From Zygnema circumcarinatum SAG 698-1b (taxonomy: Eukaryota; Plantae; Zygnematophyceae): 64,000 bases of DNA. Position numbers and translations under genes: made by a program. The notes under the pieces are model-generated. The model worked only from the letters and a program-made list of their open reading frames with translations, did not search any database and was not told where the DNA came from. The stretch spans positions 1,860,001 to 1,924,000 of the forward strand of contig CM074820.1 in NCBI GenBank assembly GCA_037447605.1. Reading direction: 5' to 3'. How positions within the stretch are numbered: position 1 is the first letter of the stretch; each line of letters begins with the position of its first letter. Below are positions 36,101-52,400 of the stretch, piece by piece.

Positions 36101-39100
36101 TTGTTTTGCAGAACATTTTGCAAAATCAGAAACAAGACGGGAAAACAAGTACCATTTCCGGAGGGGGGAAAAGGCCGGAGAATTAACAGCATTCGCGCAA
36201 AGAGAAGAGAATTGAATGCTTTGAGGAAACCCAAAGCAGACAGCCAAACCTTTACAATACGAAGAACTGTACTTTTGTAGTTTCATGAAATCTTGAGGAT
36301 AACAAGCCAAAGGAGAAGGAATCATAGTATATGGTGCTTACAACAATTGGATGTCTTGTAGATTGCCAATCGACTCCGGAATGCTCCCACTGAGTTGATT
36401 GCTATCTAGTAATCTTCAAAATAGAGAGATTGACGCTACATCAACACGTGAAAGAACGGGAACTGTAGAAGTGCAGATGTTAAAATTGGTGGGTACTGTA
36501 ATTCACATAAATCGTTTCAAAGTCATATAAAGGAAAACATAACGTTTCCTGATGCATGGAAGTGGACTGTGACAGTAAGTATTGCGTTGCTCAAACGAAT
36601 ACAAGCTTTGCTTTAAGGAATCCGGAAACAAAACACCACGTTTCAAACTAAGAACTGTCTCTCTCTCTCTTTCTTTCTCTCTCTCTCTCTCTCTGTCTCT
36701 CTCCCTCTCTCTCTCTACTTTTGTGGTTTCATGAAATCTTGAGGCGGATAGCAAGCCAAAGGAGAAATAACCATAGTATATGGTGCTTACATCACTTGCA
36801 TGTTTTGTAGATTGCCAATCGATTCCGGAATGCTCCCACTGAGTTGATTATTTCTTATAAATCTACCAATCAAACACATTAAAGATAGTAAACTATTAAG
36901 TTTATAAGAGCGCAAATGTTAGAATTAGTAGGCATTGCAATTAAAATACGTTTTAGCAGAATAAAAATAATGAAAAAATTTACGATTCCTTATGCAAGGA
37001 AAGGACTGGGAAAATTAAAGAATGAACCATAAATGATAGCGCTTACACCGTTTTCAACCTATGTAGATTGCCGATCGAATTCGGAATGTTTCCAATGAGT
37101 TTATTATCGCTTAGAGTTCTGGCAAACAAAGAGATTGAAGATATATTAACATGTGGCAAAGCGAGCAATGAAAATGTGCAGAAGGAAATTGACTGCCACT
37201 GCGATCCGCAGTAACGTTTGCACAAACGAGGTATGGATTAAAATATTGTTTGCATATCATGACCTAAAAACCCTAAAAACCCGAGACCGGATCTAAAAGT
37301 TGTGGCAGACGAAGAAGTAATAGGAGAAAATGAGGCTTACATATATTCCAAGGACTGCAGATTGCCGATCGACTCCGGAATGATACCACTGAGTGAATTC
37401 TGGCCTGTATATCTACCAACCAGGGGTGCAAGAACAAATCAAATTCTGGCAAAATAAATGTGCAAAAGTTAGAATTGGAGGAGACTGCAATCCGCAGTAC
37501 GATTTTCATTGACTAAAGGAAAAAATGAACGTTTTCTGATGAAGGGAAAAGAACGGCCACATCAGCATCACGTCGCTCGAAGAGATGCGAAAAACATTTG
37601 AAGGAACTCACAACAGACCGCTGAGACTCGAGAAAATGAAAAGCCGTTCTAAAGAAGTTTAACCAAAATCTTGAGCTGGAGAATATAGTAAGAAGGAATA
37701 GTATAAAAAGTGGTGCTTACAGATATCTAACGTTCTTCAAATTGCCGATCGACTCCGGAATGCTCCCACTGAGTTGGTTACTCGATAGTTCTCTACCAAT
37801 AAAAGACGTGGCAAAACAGATAATGAAAACAGGCAAAAATTTACAGTTGGTACACTTTGTTTCGCAGTACATTTTGCAAAAACAAGATAGAAAAAGAAGT
37901 ACTGTTTCCTGACGGAGGGAAAACAACGGAAAAAGAGAAACGAGAATGCCTTGAGGAAATCGACAGCAGACCGCCAAACCGCTAAAATACGAAGGACTGT
38001 TCTCAAGAGGTTCAAGCAAATCTTAAGCCGAATAAAAGCCAAAGACGAAGGAATCATACGAAATGGTGCTTACAAATATTCCAAGTTTGTTAGATTGCCG
38101 ATCGACTCCGGAATGTTCCCACTGAGTTTATTATTGTATAGAGATCTATCAACCAAAGGGATGCGCGAACAGGTCAACACGTAAAAAAAAAACCCGGGTA
38201 AGGGTGTGCAGATATGAATTGGTACACTGACTGCATTTTGCAGAAAAAAATTCAGAGTCAAGATACGGAGATAATTTACGATCCTAATGCAGGAGGTCAA
38301 AGAACTGGAACAATAAGGGTTACGCTCAAAGAAATAGAATTTATATTTTCAGGAATCTGACAACAGAACACCAAGATTTGATAGAAGAACTGTTCTTAAG
38401 TAGTTTCATGAAATCTTGAGGAGAAAAACAAGCAAGCCAAATCTTAAGAAGAAGGAATAATAGAAAATGATGCTTACAGCTCTCGCAAGTATTGTAGATT
38501 GCCGATCGACTCCGGAATGCTCCCATTGAGTTGATTACTGGCTAGATATCTACCAACCAAGGAGATGCAAGAATAGATCAAAACGTGGGAAAAATGAGGA
38601 CTGTAAATGTGCAGCTTTGAGTTTGTACACGCAGTTCGCAGAAAATTTTGCAGAGTCAAGTAAATATCGTTTTCTAATGCAGGGAAAGAATTGGGATAAT
38701 CAGCGTCAAGCCGCTCAAAAAGGAACAAGCTATACTTTCAGGAATCCTGCAACAGAACACCAAGCCTCGAACGAAGAACTCTATAAGTAGTTTCATGAAA
38801 TCTTGGGGAGGAAACATAGAACATGGGGCTTACAATGATTTCAAGTTGTGTAGATTGCTAATTGACTCCGGAATGCTCCCACTGAGTTGATTATTGGATA
38901 GATATCTACCAAAAAAAAAAAAAGATGAAGAGAGATCAACAGGGGACAAAACGGGCAATGTAGGAGTGCAGATGTTAGAATTCGGACTGCAAATCACAGA
39001 AACTTTTGCAGATTCAAGATAAGGAATAGTTTAACGTTTCCTAATGTAGGGAAAAGGGCTTGGACAATAGGAACACACTGCTCGCAGGGGTACAAGCTAC

Positions 39101-40381
39101 CTAAGGAATACAGCGACAAATCTCAAGATGTCTCATTAGATATTGCGCCGAACAATAAGCCAAAGAAGGAGGAACGTAGAATATGGTGCTTACATCCATT
39201 GCAAGTTTTGTAAATTGCCGATCGACTCCGAAATGCTCCCATTGAGATGATTACTGTTTAGAGATCTACCAAACAAAGAGGTTGAAGATATGTCAACACG
39301 TGGCCAGACGGGAAATGACAATGTGCAGAAGTTGGAATTGGTAGGCGCTGCGATCCACGGCATATTTTGCACAGACGAGGTATGGAAACGAATATTTTCT
39401 TCATTTGGCGGATCTAAAGTTGTTGCAGTGCATTTCAAGACATGCTGAAACGATATTGCGTCTCCTGCTTGGTAGGAGCCATGACTAGGATTTCGTCCAC
39501 AAGAAAAAAATGCAGAAGAGAATCATCCGGAAAACGGTAACAAAATGGAAAGAATAGTCCTTACAATTGCCAAACACGGGCTTCGCCATCGCACCACACT
39601 CCTTGCCATTCCGTACAGTCGTTCAGAGCCGCGGACCATGAGGCCACGGACGACGAGTTCGGATACTTCCAGCTCGCTTTCAGTTCCAAGAGAGCGATTT
39701 CTGCGAGTGGAAACCACCAAACAATGAACGGATTCACATTTGAGATCGTGCAATTCACGAACCTCCCCTAGACGAGAGTTCAGCTCGTGAAGACTCTGAA
39801 AATTGACACGAGGGTTCAAGGTGACGAAACTCGCAACTCAGAGACTGGCATAAAACTCAACGTCACACAAAACATTCCATGCCACATTATGTCCCACCCG
39901 ATTTTCTCCCATTACTTGTCAAAGCCAAAACCCGTGCAACCATAGTGAGCGAGTTTGTCAATAGTCACTTCCCTGAAATTATCCCAAAGATCAGACCACG
40001 AAGCCTTGTCACTACATCACCCCTCTTTCTTCTGCAACTTAAAGCCCCCATGGCATCTCCCTTGAATTCTCGACAGTCTTTCCTTGAGCCCTCGTGGCTG
40101 CACCCGTAAGCCCCCATGGCTTTCCCCCATGGTCGCACTCCCGTTTACCCCTTTCGCAGGCCAATCCTCCTTATCTGTATGCCTCTGCGGCAGCACACCC
40201 GAAGTCCCCTGAACCCTAATTCCTTTATCTCAACACAAGGCTCAGGGTTCAGGAGAGACGCACTGTCTGCAGCGTTTATTACTTGGCCCACGACGGCCGC
40301 GGGAGCGCAGACCGCCATGGCCGCCGACAGAGTTAGCGCGCAAAGTGACAAAACTCGCCGCTGCGCTTTCGTCCGTTCCAT
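33189..40381 (-). CDS. Secreted LRR-EGF-like-legume lectin protein, paralog B (10 single-LRR exons)
   Basis: Signal exon 40264-40381; LRRNT exon 39565-39700. 72-nt LRR exons 39194-39265, 38834-38905, 38478-38549, 38074-38145, 37721-37792, 37341-37412, 37047-37118, 36791-36862, 36342-36413, 35949-36020. EGF exon 34920-35260; lectin exon 33556-34290; putative last mini-exon 33189-33211 (DATIVQA*). Confidence 0.85.
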
Positions 40382-41240
40382 GGCAACTTCTTGTCTTTGT
40401 CCCTCGCGCTGCTTCGCCCCTTATCTCTCCCTTCTGAAAATTTCTCTCGATTTCTTCGTCGAAGTAGTCCTCCAAATCCCCCGAGACCTCCACTCTCACG
40501 CTCTCCCTGCCTGGTTCACTCCCGTTCTTACTCGCTCGCTCCCTCTCCCCCTCCCCTCTCCCTCTCACTTCCCTCTCTCGCACTTGCCTCTCTCTACCTC
40601 TCCTTCCCACTCGACCAAGCCCTCCTCCCCTTCCTCTCCCCCTCGGCGCCGCCTCCACTCCTACTCTCACCTCCTCTCCCTCTCCCTCTCGCTCTCGGCG
40701 GCCTCCCCTTCCCCCGCGCGAGCCTCGTCCGTACGGCCCGGCTCCGCCGCAACCGCGCCTGGCCGCGCTGTATTCGGCGGATCTCCTTTTTCCCTTTTTT
40801 TTCGGATCCGACCGCAATCCGTTTCGAATCATTCTGCGCCGTTCGATGGAGCCAATCGCTCGTGCAAAAAGCGTCAACATGCGTCTTCAAATGTTTTTGT
40901 GCCCCATTCGCTCGCCAAATTAATTACAGGGCCATGTCCACAGGGCAGCAATTTATGGATATCATTCCACGTGGACTATTCACGTATCGCCACGTGTTGC
41001 TTAAACCGCCAGTAAACCGGGCGGAAAAGTTTGTCGTATCTGTGTTGAACCAGCTGCCGGAGACAAACGGACAGTGACGGCGGGACGGACGGGGACCGCG
41101 ACGTCGGTCGAAGTTCCGTACAGCGACCCATCAACGCAGTCTGCCGTACAGTATGGCGTTTTCTTCGTTCTGGATCCCAGAGGCGCACAAAAAGACATGA
41201 AAAAATGTTGGGATGGAACCATGTGAAAACATGCGTGAAC

Positions 41241-41815
41241 ATTGTCCTTGTTGTCATGCATGAGTACCATGTTGTTGTGAGCCATGAAAAACCACCCAGT
41301 TCTTCCCGACCTCACTCTCGTAGACATACCCCCCTAGCTACTATCAGGGCTAATGGACTCAACATCAAGAACTATCGTAGACTTACCGGGAATAACTAGG
41401 GTCCCTATAGTAGAGCAGCCTATAGACATTCATGATCAGGTAGCAACGATGATCAAGAAGTACATTGAGCCGGAAGAGAGCGCCATTTTGAATGTCATTT
41501 GTGCAGAGGTGGACTTCTCCACTTGTGAGTCGATCCTTTGGGAGAAAGGACGTTAGCAGAAGTGACCAAGGCTGATCGTTACGGCCTTTATGAAAAGGTC
41601 TACACAAACAGCAATGTCAATGTCAATGTTAATGTTAATGAATGAATGAATGAGTGAATGTTAATGTTGGCCTCGGAAACGTTTGTGTTCGGAATCGCAC
41701 AGAAAATGACCGATCTTGGACAGAGGCTCACAGAATGGAGCCATGTTTCTTTGAGAATCACTCTCAATTGTCGAAGTTGGACAGAAGTATACTTTCAAAG
41801 AAATTGACAGAGGGT
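41241..41815 (+). pseudogene. Dynamin-related GTPase (DRP4/Mx-like) fragment, disrupted
   Basis: Pieces in different frames: LPDLTLVD, TIVDLPGITRVP..QP..I..MIKKYIEPEESAILNV..VDFSTCESI, GERTLAEVTKAD, NVGLGNVCVRNR. These are the G3/G4 region of DRP4-type dynamins. Frameshift/deletion and a microsatellite insertion are present, and there is no P-loop or GED. Confidence 0.8.
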
Positions 41816-42811
41816 TCAAGCAGTGAGGATGAGGCATGCATTGCCATTTGGTTTTTCAGTTTTTGAGGTTGGATTGGACGTAGGGGTTTGGGGCACCTTT
41901 TTCACTTTGTCAGGGTTTATACAGGAAATTCAATCACAGTGTGTGGCCCTGATCTTGTGATGACTCAGTGCCTTCGCAAGCTCAGAAACAGTTGTAAATT
42001 TTTTTGAAAATGGTAATTCAAGAAAAGACGAGGATATGAGGTCGTTGAAGTTTTGCTGATTGTTTGCATTTTGTTTCTTTTTTAGAATGTATTTTTTTAG
42101 GAGCTCATTCCTGCCCCAATCGGTTGATTTGCCTGGTCTATGCGAGTTTTGGAAGGACATTCCATGACCCAGAATTCAGCTAACCGTTGACTGGATTTGA
42201 GGAAGGGAGAGTGAGGCAGGAGGGAGGGGAGACAGAGAGACAGAGTGAGTGTGTGAGACAGAGGGAGTGCGTTAGAGAAAGTGGAGAGTGAGAGTGAGAC
42301 AGAGAGAGAGAGGGGAGGTTGAGGAGAGGGAGGTGTGAGCGTGTGAAGTGGGGAAGAGGCAGAGGAAGAGTTAAGAGGGAGAGGCAAATGAAAGGCATGC
42401 GTCTTTAAAATATGTAACAAGAAACCCACAGAAAAACGTCTGAAGCAAAATGAGATTACAAGCGTGTTTGGAGTATGTACCTATAGTCTTCAGGGAGCTT
42501 TTAGGGTTTCTAGCTTTTAGGGTTTAGGGTTTGACAGGCCAAAGTCGTTGTAGTGTATAGACAAGAAGTATTTGTTATAATGTATGCATCCCTGGACAGC
42601 CTTTGTCCAGGCAGCAGGAAATGAAAAACCTGCCCTTATTCCCTCCCTAAGTGCTCGGTAAGAACACGAGAGAGGCAATTCTATCGTGGGTTAACCTAAC
42701 CGCTAAAAGAAAGGGGTACAGCACGGGCAGCAAAAACAGTACAACCGGACAGCAAAAATGTACAGCAAGCAGCAGGAAAATGTACACTCGGGAAGCCCAA
42801 AAAAAAAAAAG

Positions 42812-46793
<3,982 letters not shown>

Positions 46794-47740
46794 GGGAGGG
46801 AGAGAAAGGAAGGCGAGGAAGGAGGGAGACGAAGGAGGGAGAGGAGGGAGGGAGAGGGAGGAGGAAGAGGGAGGAGGGAGAGGAAGGAGAGAAAGGGAGG
46901 AGGGAGAGGGAGAGGGAGGAGGGAGAGGGGGAATGAGAGGGCGAGGGGGAGGAGGGAGAGGGGGAGGGGGAGGGGGGGAAAGAGGGAGGAGGAGAGGAAA
47001 GGGGGAGAGGGAGGAAGGAAAGGGAGGAAGAGGGGGAAAGCAGTGGGAGAAGGAGAGGAATACGGGAGAAGGGTGAAGGAGGATGGAAAGAGGAGGGCGA
47101 GGGAGGAGGGAGAGAGAGGAAGGAGAGGGAGAGGGGGGAAGCAGAGGGAAAAGGAGAGGGAAACACGGAAAAAAATGAAAGGAAGAAAGCGGGAGAGGCA
47201 GAGAGGGAGATCGGAGGAAGGTCGAGAGAGTCCTGCCCTTAGAGAGAGAGAGAGGAGAAAGGGAGAGAGAGAGTGGGAGAGGGTGCACAGCGGTAAGTTG
47301 AGGATATGACCAGCCGTCAATTCGAAAGGAGCCTTTCCCGCGAAGTCAAAGGCGCTCACATGCTCGCTGTTCGAAATCCAGTCAAACAAATTAGAACAGG
47401 AAACCCGTAAACAATTACTGCCGATTACAGGCCTATACTGCCTGTATATGTATATATTCCTCCCTATATGTGTATTTCCAGTTTAACGCTATCACGCTCT
47501 GTTTTGTCACTGGAAAAAACGGTATAGGAAACGGAAGAGGGAACGGATCGGGAACACGAACGGAACTGGTAACACAGAGACTCATGTATTTGATAGGGCG
47601 ACGGAGAGTAATCCTCGCCGTCCGATGATTGCGACGGCCGATCTCGACCGTCATTTATCGCTTGTCACAAATTCTTGATCATTTTGTACCGTCCGATTTA
47701 TACGGAGAAATGCAGTCTGACAGTTCTACGCCTTTTCAAA

Positions 47741-48640
47741 GGAGAACTATATACCGCCCCCCCCCCCTTTTTGGTTATCCCGCCACTGTTTTTTTGAAAT
47801 CCGACCCTTCCATTTCGGCTATTCTGCCCCCTGTTTTGAAATATCCCGCCCCCCCCCATTTTGGATACCCCCCCCCCGTTTTCTCCTTCTCACACATCAG
47901 CGCAACGTTCGAGAGAGAGAGCAAAGGAGAGAAAGAGAGTGAGCAGAGGAGTGAGAGCAAAGGAGAGAGAGACTAGAGTAGAGAGCACAGGAGAGAGCAA
48001 AGGAGCGAGAGTAGAGGAGAGAAAGACTAGAGAGAGAGAGCAGAGTGAGAGCAGAGGAGAGAGACTACAGGAGAGAGCAAAGGAGAGAGAAGAGAGAGAG
48101 AGACCAAAGGAGCGAGAGCCGAGGAGAGAGAGAGTATGAGCAGAGGAGAGAGAGTAGAGGAGAGAAAGACTAGAGGAGAGAGAGCAGAGGAGAGATATTA
48201 CTCTTCTTACTACTCTCTTCTAGACCTCTGTCCTTGTAGGTCCCCCCGCTAACGCATTGTAGGTAGAGTCGGCGGCTATCGCTATGCTTGCCGATCTCGA
48301 TGTGAAAACCTTCCTTCTTGTAGTGCTTGGTCAAGACTTGTACAAGCTCATTGCGAGTCTTATACTCAGTCATTTGTGTGGAGATTGCAAACCGAGAGGA
48401 AGAAGGNNNNNNNNNNGGGGTGGGCAGGGGAGGGAAGGGGAGGGGGAGGGGAGGGGGAGGGCAGGGGAGGAGAGAGGAGAGGACGGGAGGGGCGGGAAAG
48501 AAATATTCAAAACAAGGGGGCGATCTCCTCCCGAAATATCCAAAATGGGGGAGGGGGCAGAATAGCCGAAATGGGAGGGTCGGATTTCAAAAAAACAATG
48601 GCGAGATACCCAAAAAAAAGGGGGCGGTATATAGTTCTCC
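47741..48640 (-). mobile_element. Non-autonomous Mutator-like element (MULE) with a transposase N-terminal remnant
   Basis: ~90-bp TIRs beginning GGAGAACTATATACCGCCCC; perfect 9-bp TSD CTTTTCAAA (47732-47740, 48641-48649). Internal ORF 48170-48373 (HYKKEGFHIEIGKHSDSRRLYLQCVSGGTY) resembles the FAR1/MULE DNA-binding domain. Confidence 0.9.
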
Positions 48641-48735
48641 CTTTTCAAATTGTTCGCTCGTACGAAAGGGAAAAAGGTGGCCCCATCATCGTTTCCACCC
48701 ATACACACTGCCCAGCACCATCTAGCCATCCACCC

Positions 48736-48935
48736 TTACATACATACCCATGGGTCCCACGTACACCCATACAGACATACCCATGGGTCCCACGTACACC
48801 CATACAGACATACCCATGGGTCCCACATACACCCATACATACATACCCATGGGTCCCACATACACCCATACATACCCATAGGTCCCACATATACCCATAC
48901 ATACATAACCATAGGTCCCACACACACCCATACAT
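48736..48935. repeat. 33-bp minisatellite (CCCATGGGTCCCACGTACACCCATACAGACATA), ~4 good plus degenerate copies
   Basis: Direct inspection. Confidence 0.85.
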
Positions 48936-49485
48936 AGTTTCCAACCACCATCCACCCATATTATGGACGTTTCTCATGCAACTCATGCTAAGTTTGTACA
49001 CATCATGCGATTGTGCCCCCGCCAAATTGCAAGGGATGTGGCATTGATCTCACGATGGCGATGATGCCATCAAATGTAAATGGCCAAAATCAGCATGGGG
49101 AACCACGAGGAACTCGCAAAGGACCTAAGGACAAAAGAAAAGAGCTAGGAGCAAAAAGCCAAGGTAACTTACCAATCATCATGCATCCTGGCAAGGTATG
49201 AATGCATACATACTGACCCATGCACCCATGCACCCATGCACCCATGCACCCATGCACCCATGCATCCATGCACAATCATACTTGAGAGCCGTCCTATGGT
49301 GTGAATGACGGCTAAGGACAAACATCGCATCTTGCAAGGTCGAAATAACTCTTGTAACAAAAAGTATGAATTGAACTTCGCAAACAATCAAATTTATTGA
49401 TTGATCCAACGGAGATGAACATGGAACTCGAGCCTTGTTGGCGCAGTTGACGTTTACTAGAAAGCCAACGAACTGAAGAGGCGTT

Positions 49486-52400
49486 CTATGTTGAAGTCGT
49501 CTCCTTTCCAGGCCCTCCCCATACCTGCAAAAAAAACCCAACAACTCCCCTTTATCGATTTTCCTACTAAGTAAACAAACAAAACGGAACAAGAAAGAGC
49601 CTCAGCCTGAACCCTAAAAACTCAGATAGCTCAAAATCACAAAATCTGGTAAATTAATCCTCCAGAATCCCCTGCAAACCCTAAAACCTGAAACCTGAAC
49701 CCAAAACCTTACAACCTCAAAACCCAAAACCTTAGAAGTAAACTCACCTTTTCAAGAATAGATTTTGACAATCGTGGTTTCTTGACAGCCGTCGGATCTT
49801 CTACTGATGCACGTTGTGCGAATCTACGGATCACATTGCTCGGCCCTTTGATTGATTTCTTGTTGGATTCTTCCTTATCCGCTTCACCCGATTCCGCTTT
49901 TCTCTACGGAAGGAGAAAGCAAACAAGGAAACACTATGAAATTTAAAAAGGAAAAATAAAATGGTTTTCTATACGTATTAGTTCAATGATGTGGTGATTA
50001 TTTGGGATGGAGGGGGGGAAAGGGAGGGAGGGTCGGTGGGAGCTAGGGAGGGAAAGAAAAGCGTGGGGGGGGGGCAGGGAGGAGGGAGGGGATGGAGGAG
50101 GGAGAGGAGGGAGGAAGGGTGAAATCAACGAGGGAAGGAGACATCGGCGGGGGAGAGAGGGAGGGGGAGGGAGGGAGGGAGACGGGGAGAGGGGGAAGAG
50201 GGTGAGAGGGAGGCACGGAGGTGGGGGAGGGAGGAAGAGGGGAAGGAAGGGAGCGGGGAAGAAGGGAGGGAGAGAGGGGAGGAGAGGGAGAGAGGGAGTG
50301 GGGGAAGAGGGAGAGAGGGGGTGGAGGGAGTCAGAGAAGGGGAGAGACAGACAGAGACAGAGAGAGAGACCATGAATGTGCTTTTCTCACCTTCTTCTTT
50401 CTCTCAGCCATGGCATTGATGGCCCGTGATTGGTCGACTCTCGACAAATAGAAATCGCGTTCCTTTGTAGCCGCAGAAATTTCGGCGGCAAGTTTTTGCT
50501 CTCGTACCGCATTTTTATAAGCTGCACGAAAATAATAAACCATAAACGTTTCATTTCATTTCCTTCTTCTGTTTCCCCCAAAGTCTTAACTCGTACTGAT
50601 TCGATTTACTTGAAAAAGCCCGCAAACTATCGGCATCTGAACTCCTTATAAGCCTGAAACCCCGTAAAGCTGAACACTTAAGGTACATTTAAAAAGGCAA
50701 GGATTAAGTTTAAATTCGTGAAGGTACAAAATGTCTCACCAAATTCCTCTGTAAGATGGTCCCATTTAAATTTCCGGAGATACTTTATATTCCACAAGTC
50801 GTAGTGATAAGATGATCGTTTTTTCCCTCCTGAGGACGCAGTCAAGGAAAGGGCAACACAGATGAGGGGGGAGGGAGAGAAAGGGGAAGGAGAGAGGGAG
50901 GGAAGGAGGGAGGGAGGGAGAGAGAGGGGAGAGAGGGAGAGGGGAGGAGAGGGAGGAAGGGAGAACGCACGTGACTGCAACTGGAAACCAAAATCAAGAA
51001 ATTTGAAAAATCTGGGAATCCTCACCGATCGGCTCTCCGTTTAACATTTCTGCAATTTTTTTTGCGTCTTTTTTCCGCATAAATTCCACCCATCTGAAAT
51101 GCGAAAAATGAAAAAACCCATGAAAGAAAAGAGAAAAAGATGAGAAATTGAATACCAGATGTGCGCAATTTGCAGGATACGTAGGAGACAAGGTGAGACA
51201 TTCCACAGAGGCTGGAGAGGGAAATGCAAAAGGAAACACGACGGAAGGGAGAGGAAAAAGGGCAGGCTGAATGGGAGGGGAAGATGAGAGAGTAGAGAAA
51301 GAGAGAGAGGGAGAGAGAAAGAACCACAATATTGCACACAACTCACCCTTCAGTGAAGTTTTTGCCGCTATTACCTCCCGCCTTCTTCCTCCTCATTCGG
51401 ACAGAGGCATCTGTTAATCCCTCAACATGTAAACAACGTATCAATATCTCCACACTCTCTATGAAATCTGGAAGTATGCCATGCGATGAATCAGGAAACA
51501 TCAGCAGTAAAAAAAAATTGTAGTTGTATGCTTATAATGTTAGGTCTCATGCCCCCCATGGCCTATGCCCCATACCATGACCCATGCCCAATCCCATGGC
51601 CCATGCCCCATGCCATGGTCCACATGCCATCCGCACCTTCTGGAGCCAAGTAGATGCGCAGCACTTCTCCATACTGTGACAACAAGTGGCGCAATTTCAA
51701 AGGCTTCATATGGGGAGGCACGCGGCTCAAGTAGCACACTCCCTTCTTCCTCTGCTTCTCCTCTAACAACTTCACTTTCTTCGCCACTGCTGCCTTCTTC
51801 TTCTTCTCCTTCTCTCCTTCCTCCCCCAAGCCTCCCTCCCTTCCCCCTTTCCTCATCAACGTTTCCTCACCGCTCCTATCACCCTCTCCTCCCTCCTCAG
51901 CCCCTCCCTCTCCCCCATCAGCACCTCCCTCTCCCTCCTCAGCCCCTCCTTCTCCCTCCTCAGCCCCTCCCTCTCGCTCCTCAGCCTCTCCCTCTCCCTC
52001 CTCAGACCCTCCCTCTCCCTCAGCCCCTCCCTCTCTCTCCTGTCTCTCCTCTCTCACTCCCACTATTCCCGCCACTTCCTCTACTCCCGCCCCTCCCTCT
52101 TCAGCCCCTCCCTCCTCAGCCCCTCCCTCCTCAGCCCCTCCCTCCCCCTCCTCAGCCCCTCTCTCCTCAGCCCCTCCCTCTCCCTCCTCAGCCCCTCCCT
52201 CTCGCTCCTCAGCCCCTCCCTCTCCCTCCTCAGCCCCTCCCTCTCTCTCCTGGCTCTCCTCTCTCACTCCCTCGAATCCCGCCTCTTCCTCTACTCCCGC
52301 CACTCCCTCAGTCCCTCCCTCTCTCTCCTGTCTCTCCTCTCTCACTCCCTCTAATCCCGCCTCTTTCTCTACTCCCGCCACTCCCTCCTCAGTCCCTCCC

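Larger units (their letters stand above)
23640..41000. repeat. Diverged tandem duplication (~9-kb period) carrying paralogs A and B with flanks
   Basis: Homologous 3' flanks (~23640-24060 vs ~32700-33230), homologous first introns and upstream regions (~30560-31880 vs ~39700-40920). Boundaries approximate. Confidence 0.8.

Noticed and set aside
26834-39265. Periodic conserved repeats as a CRISPR or satellite array
   Set aside because: The repeats are spliceable, in-frame LRR exons with GT/AG boundaries.
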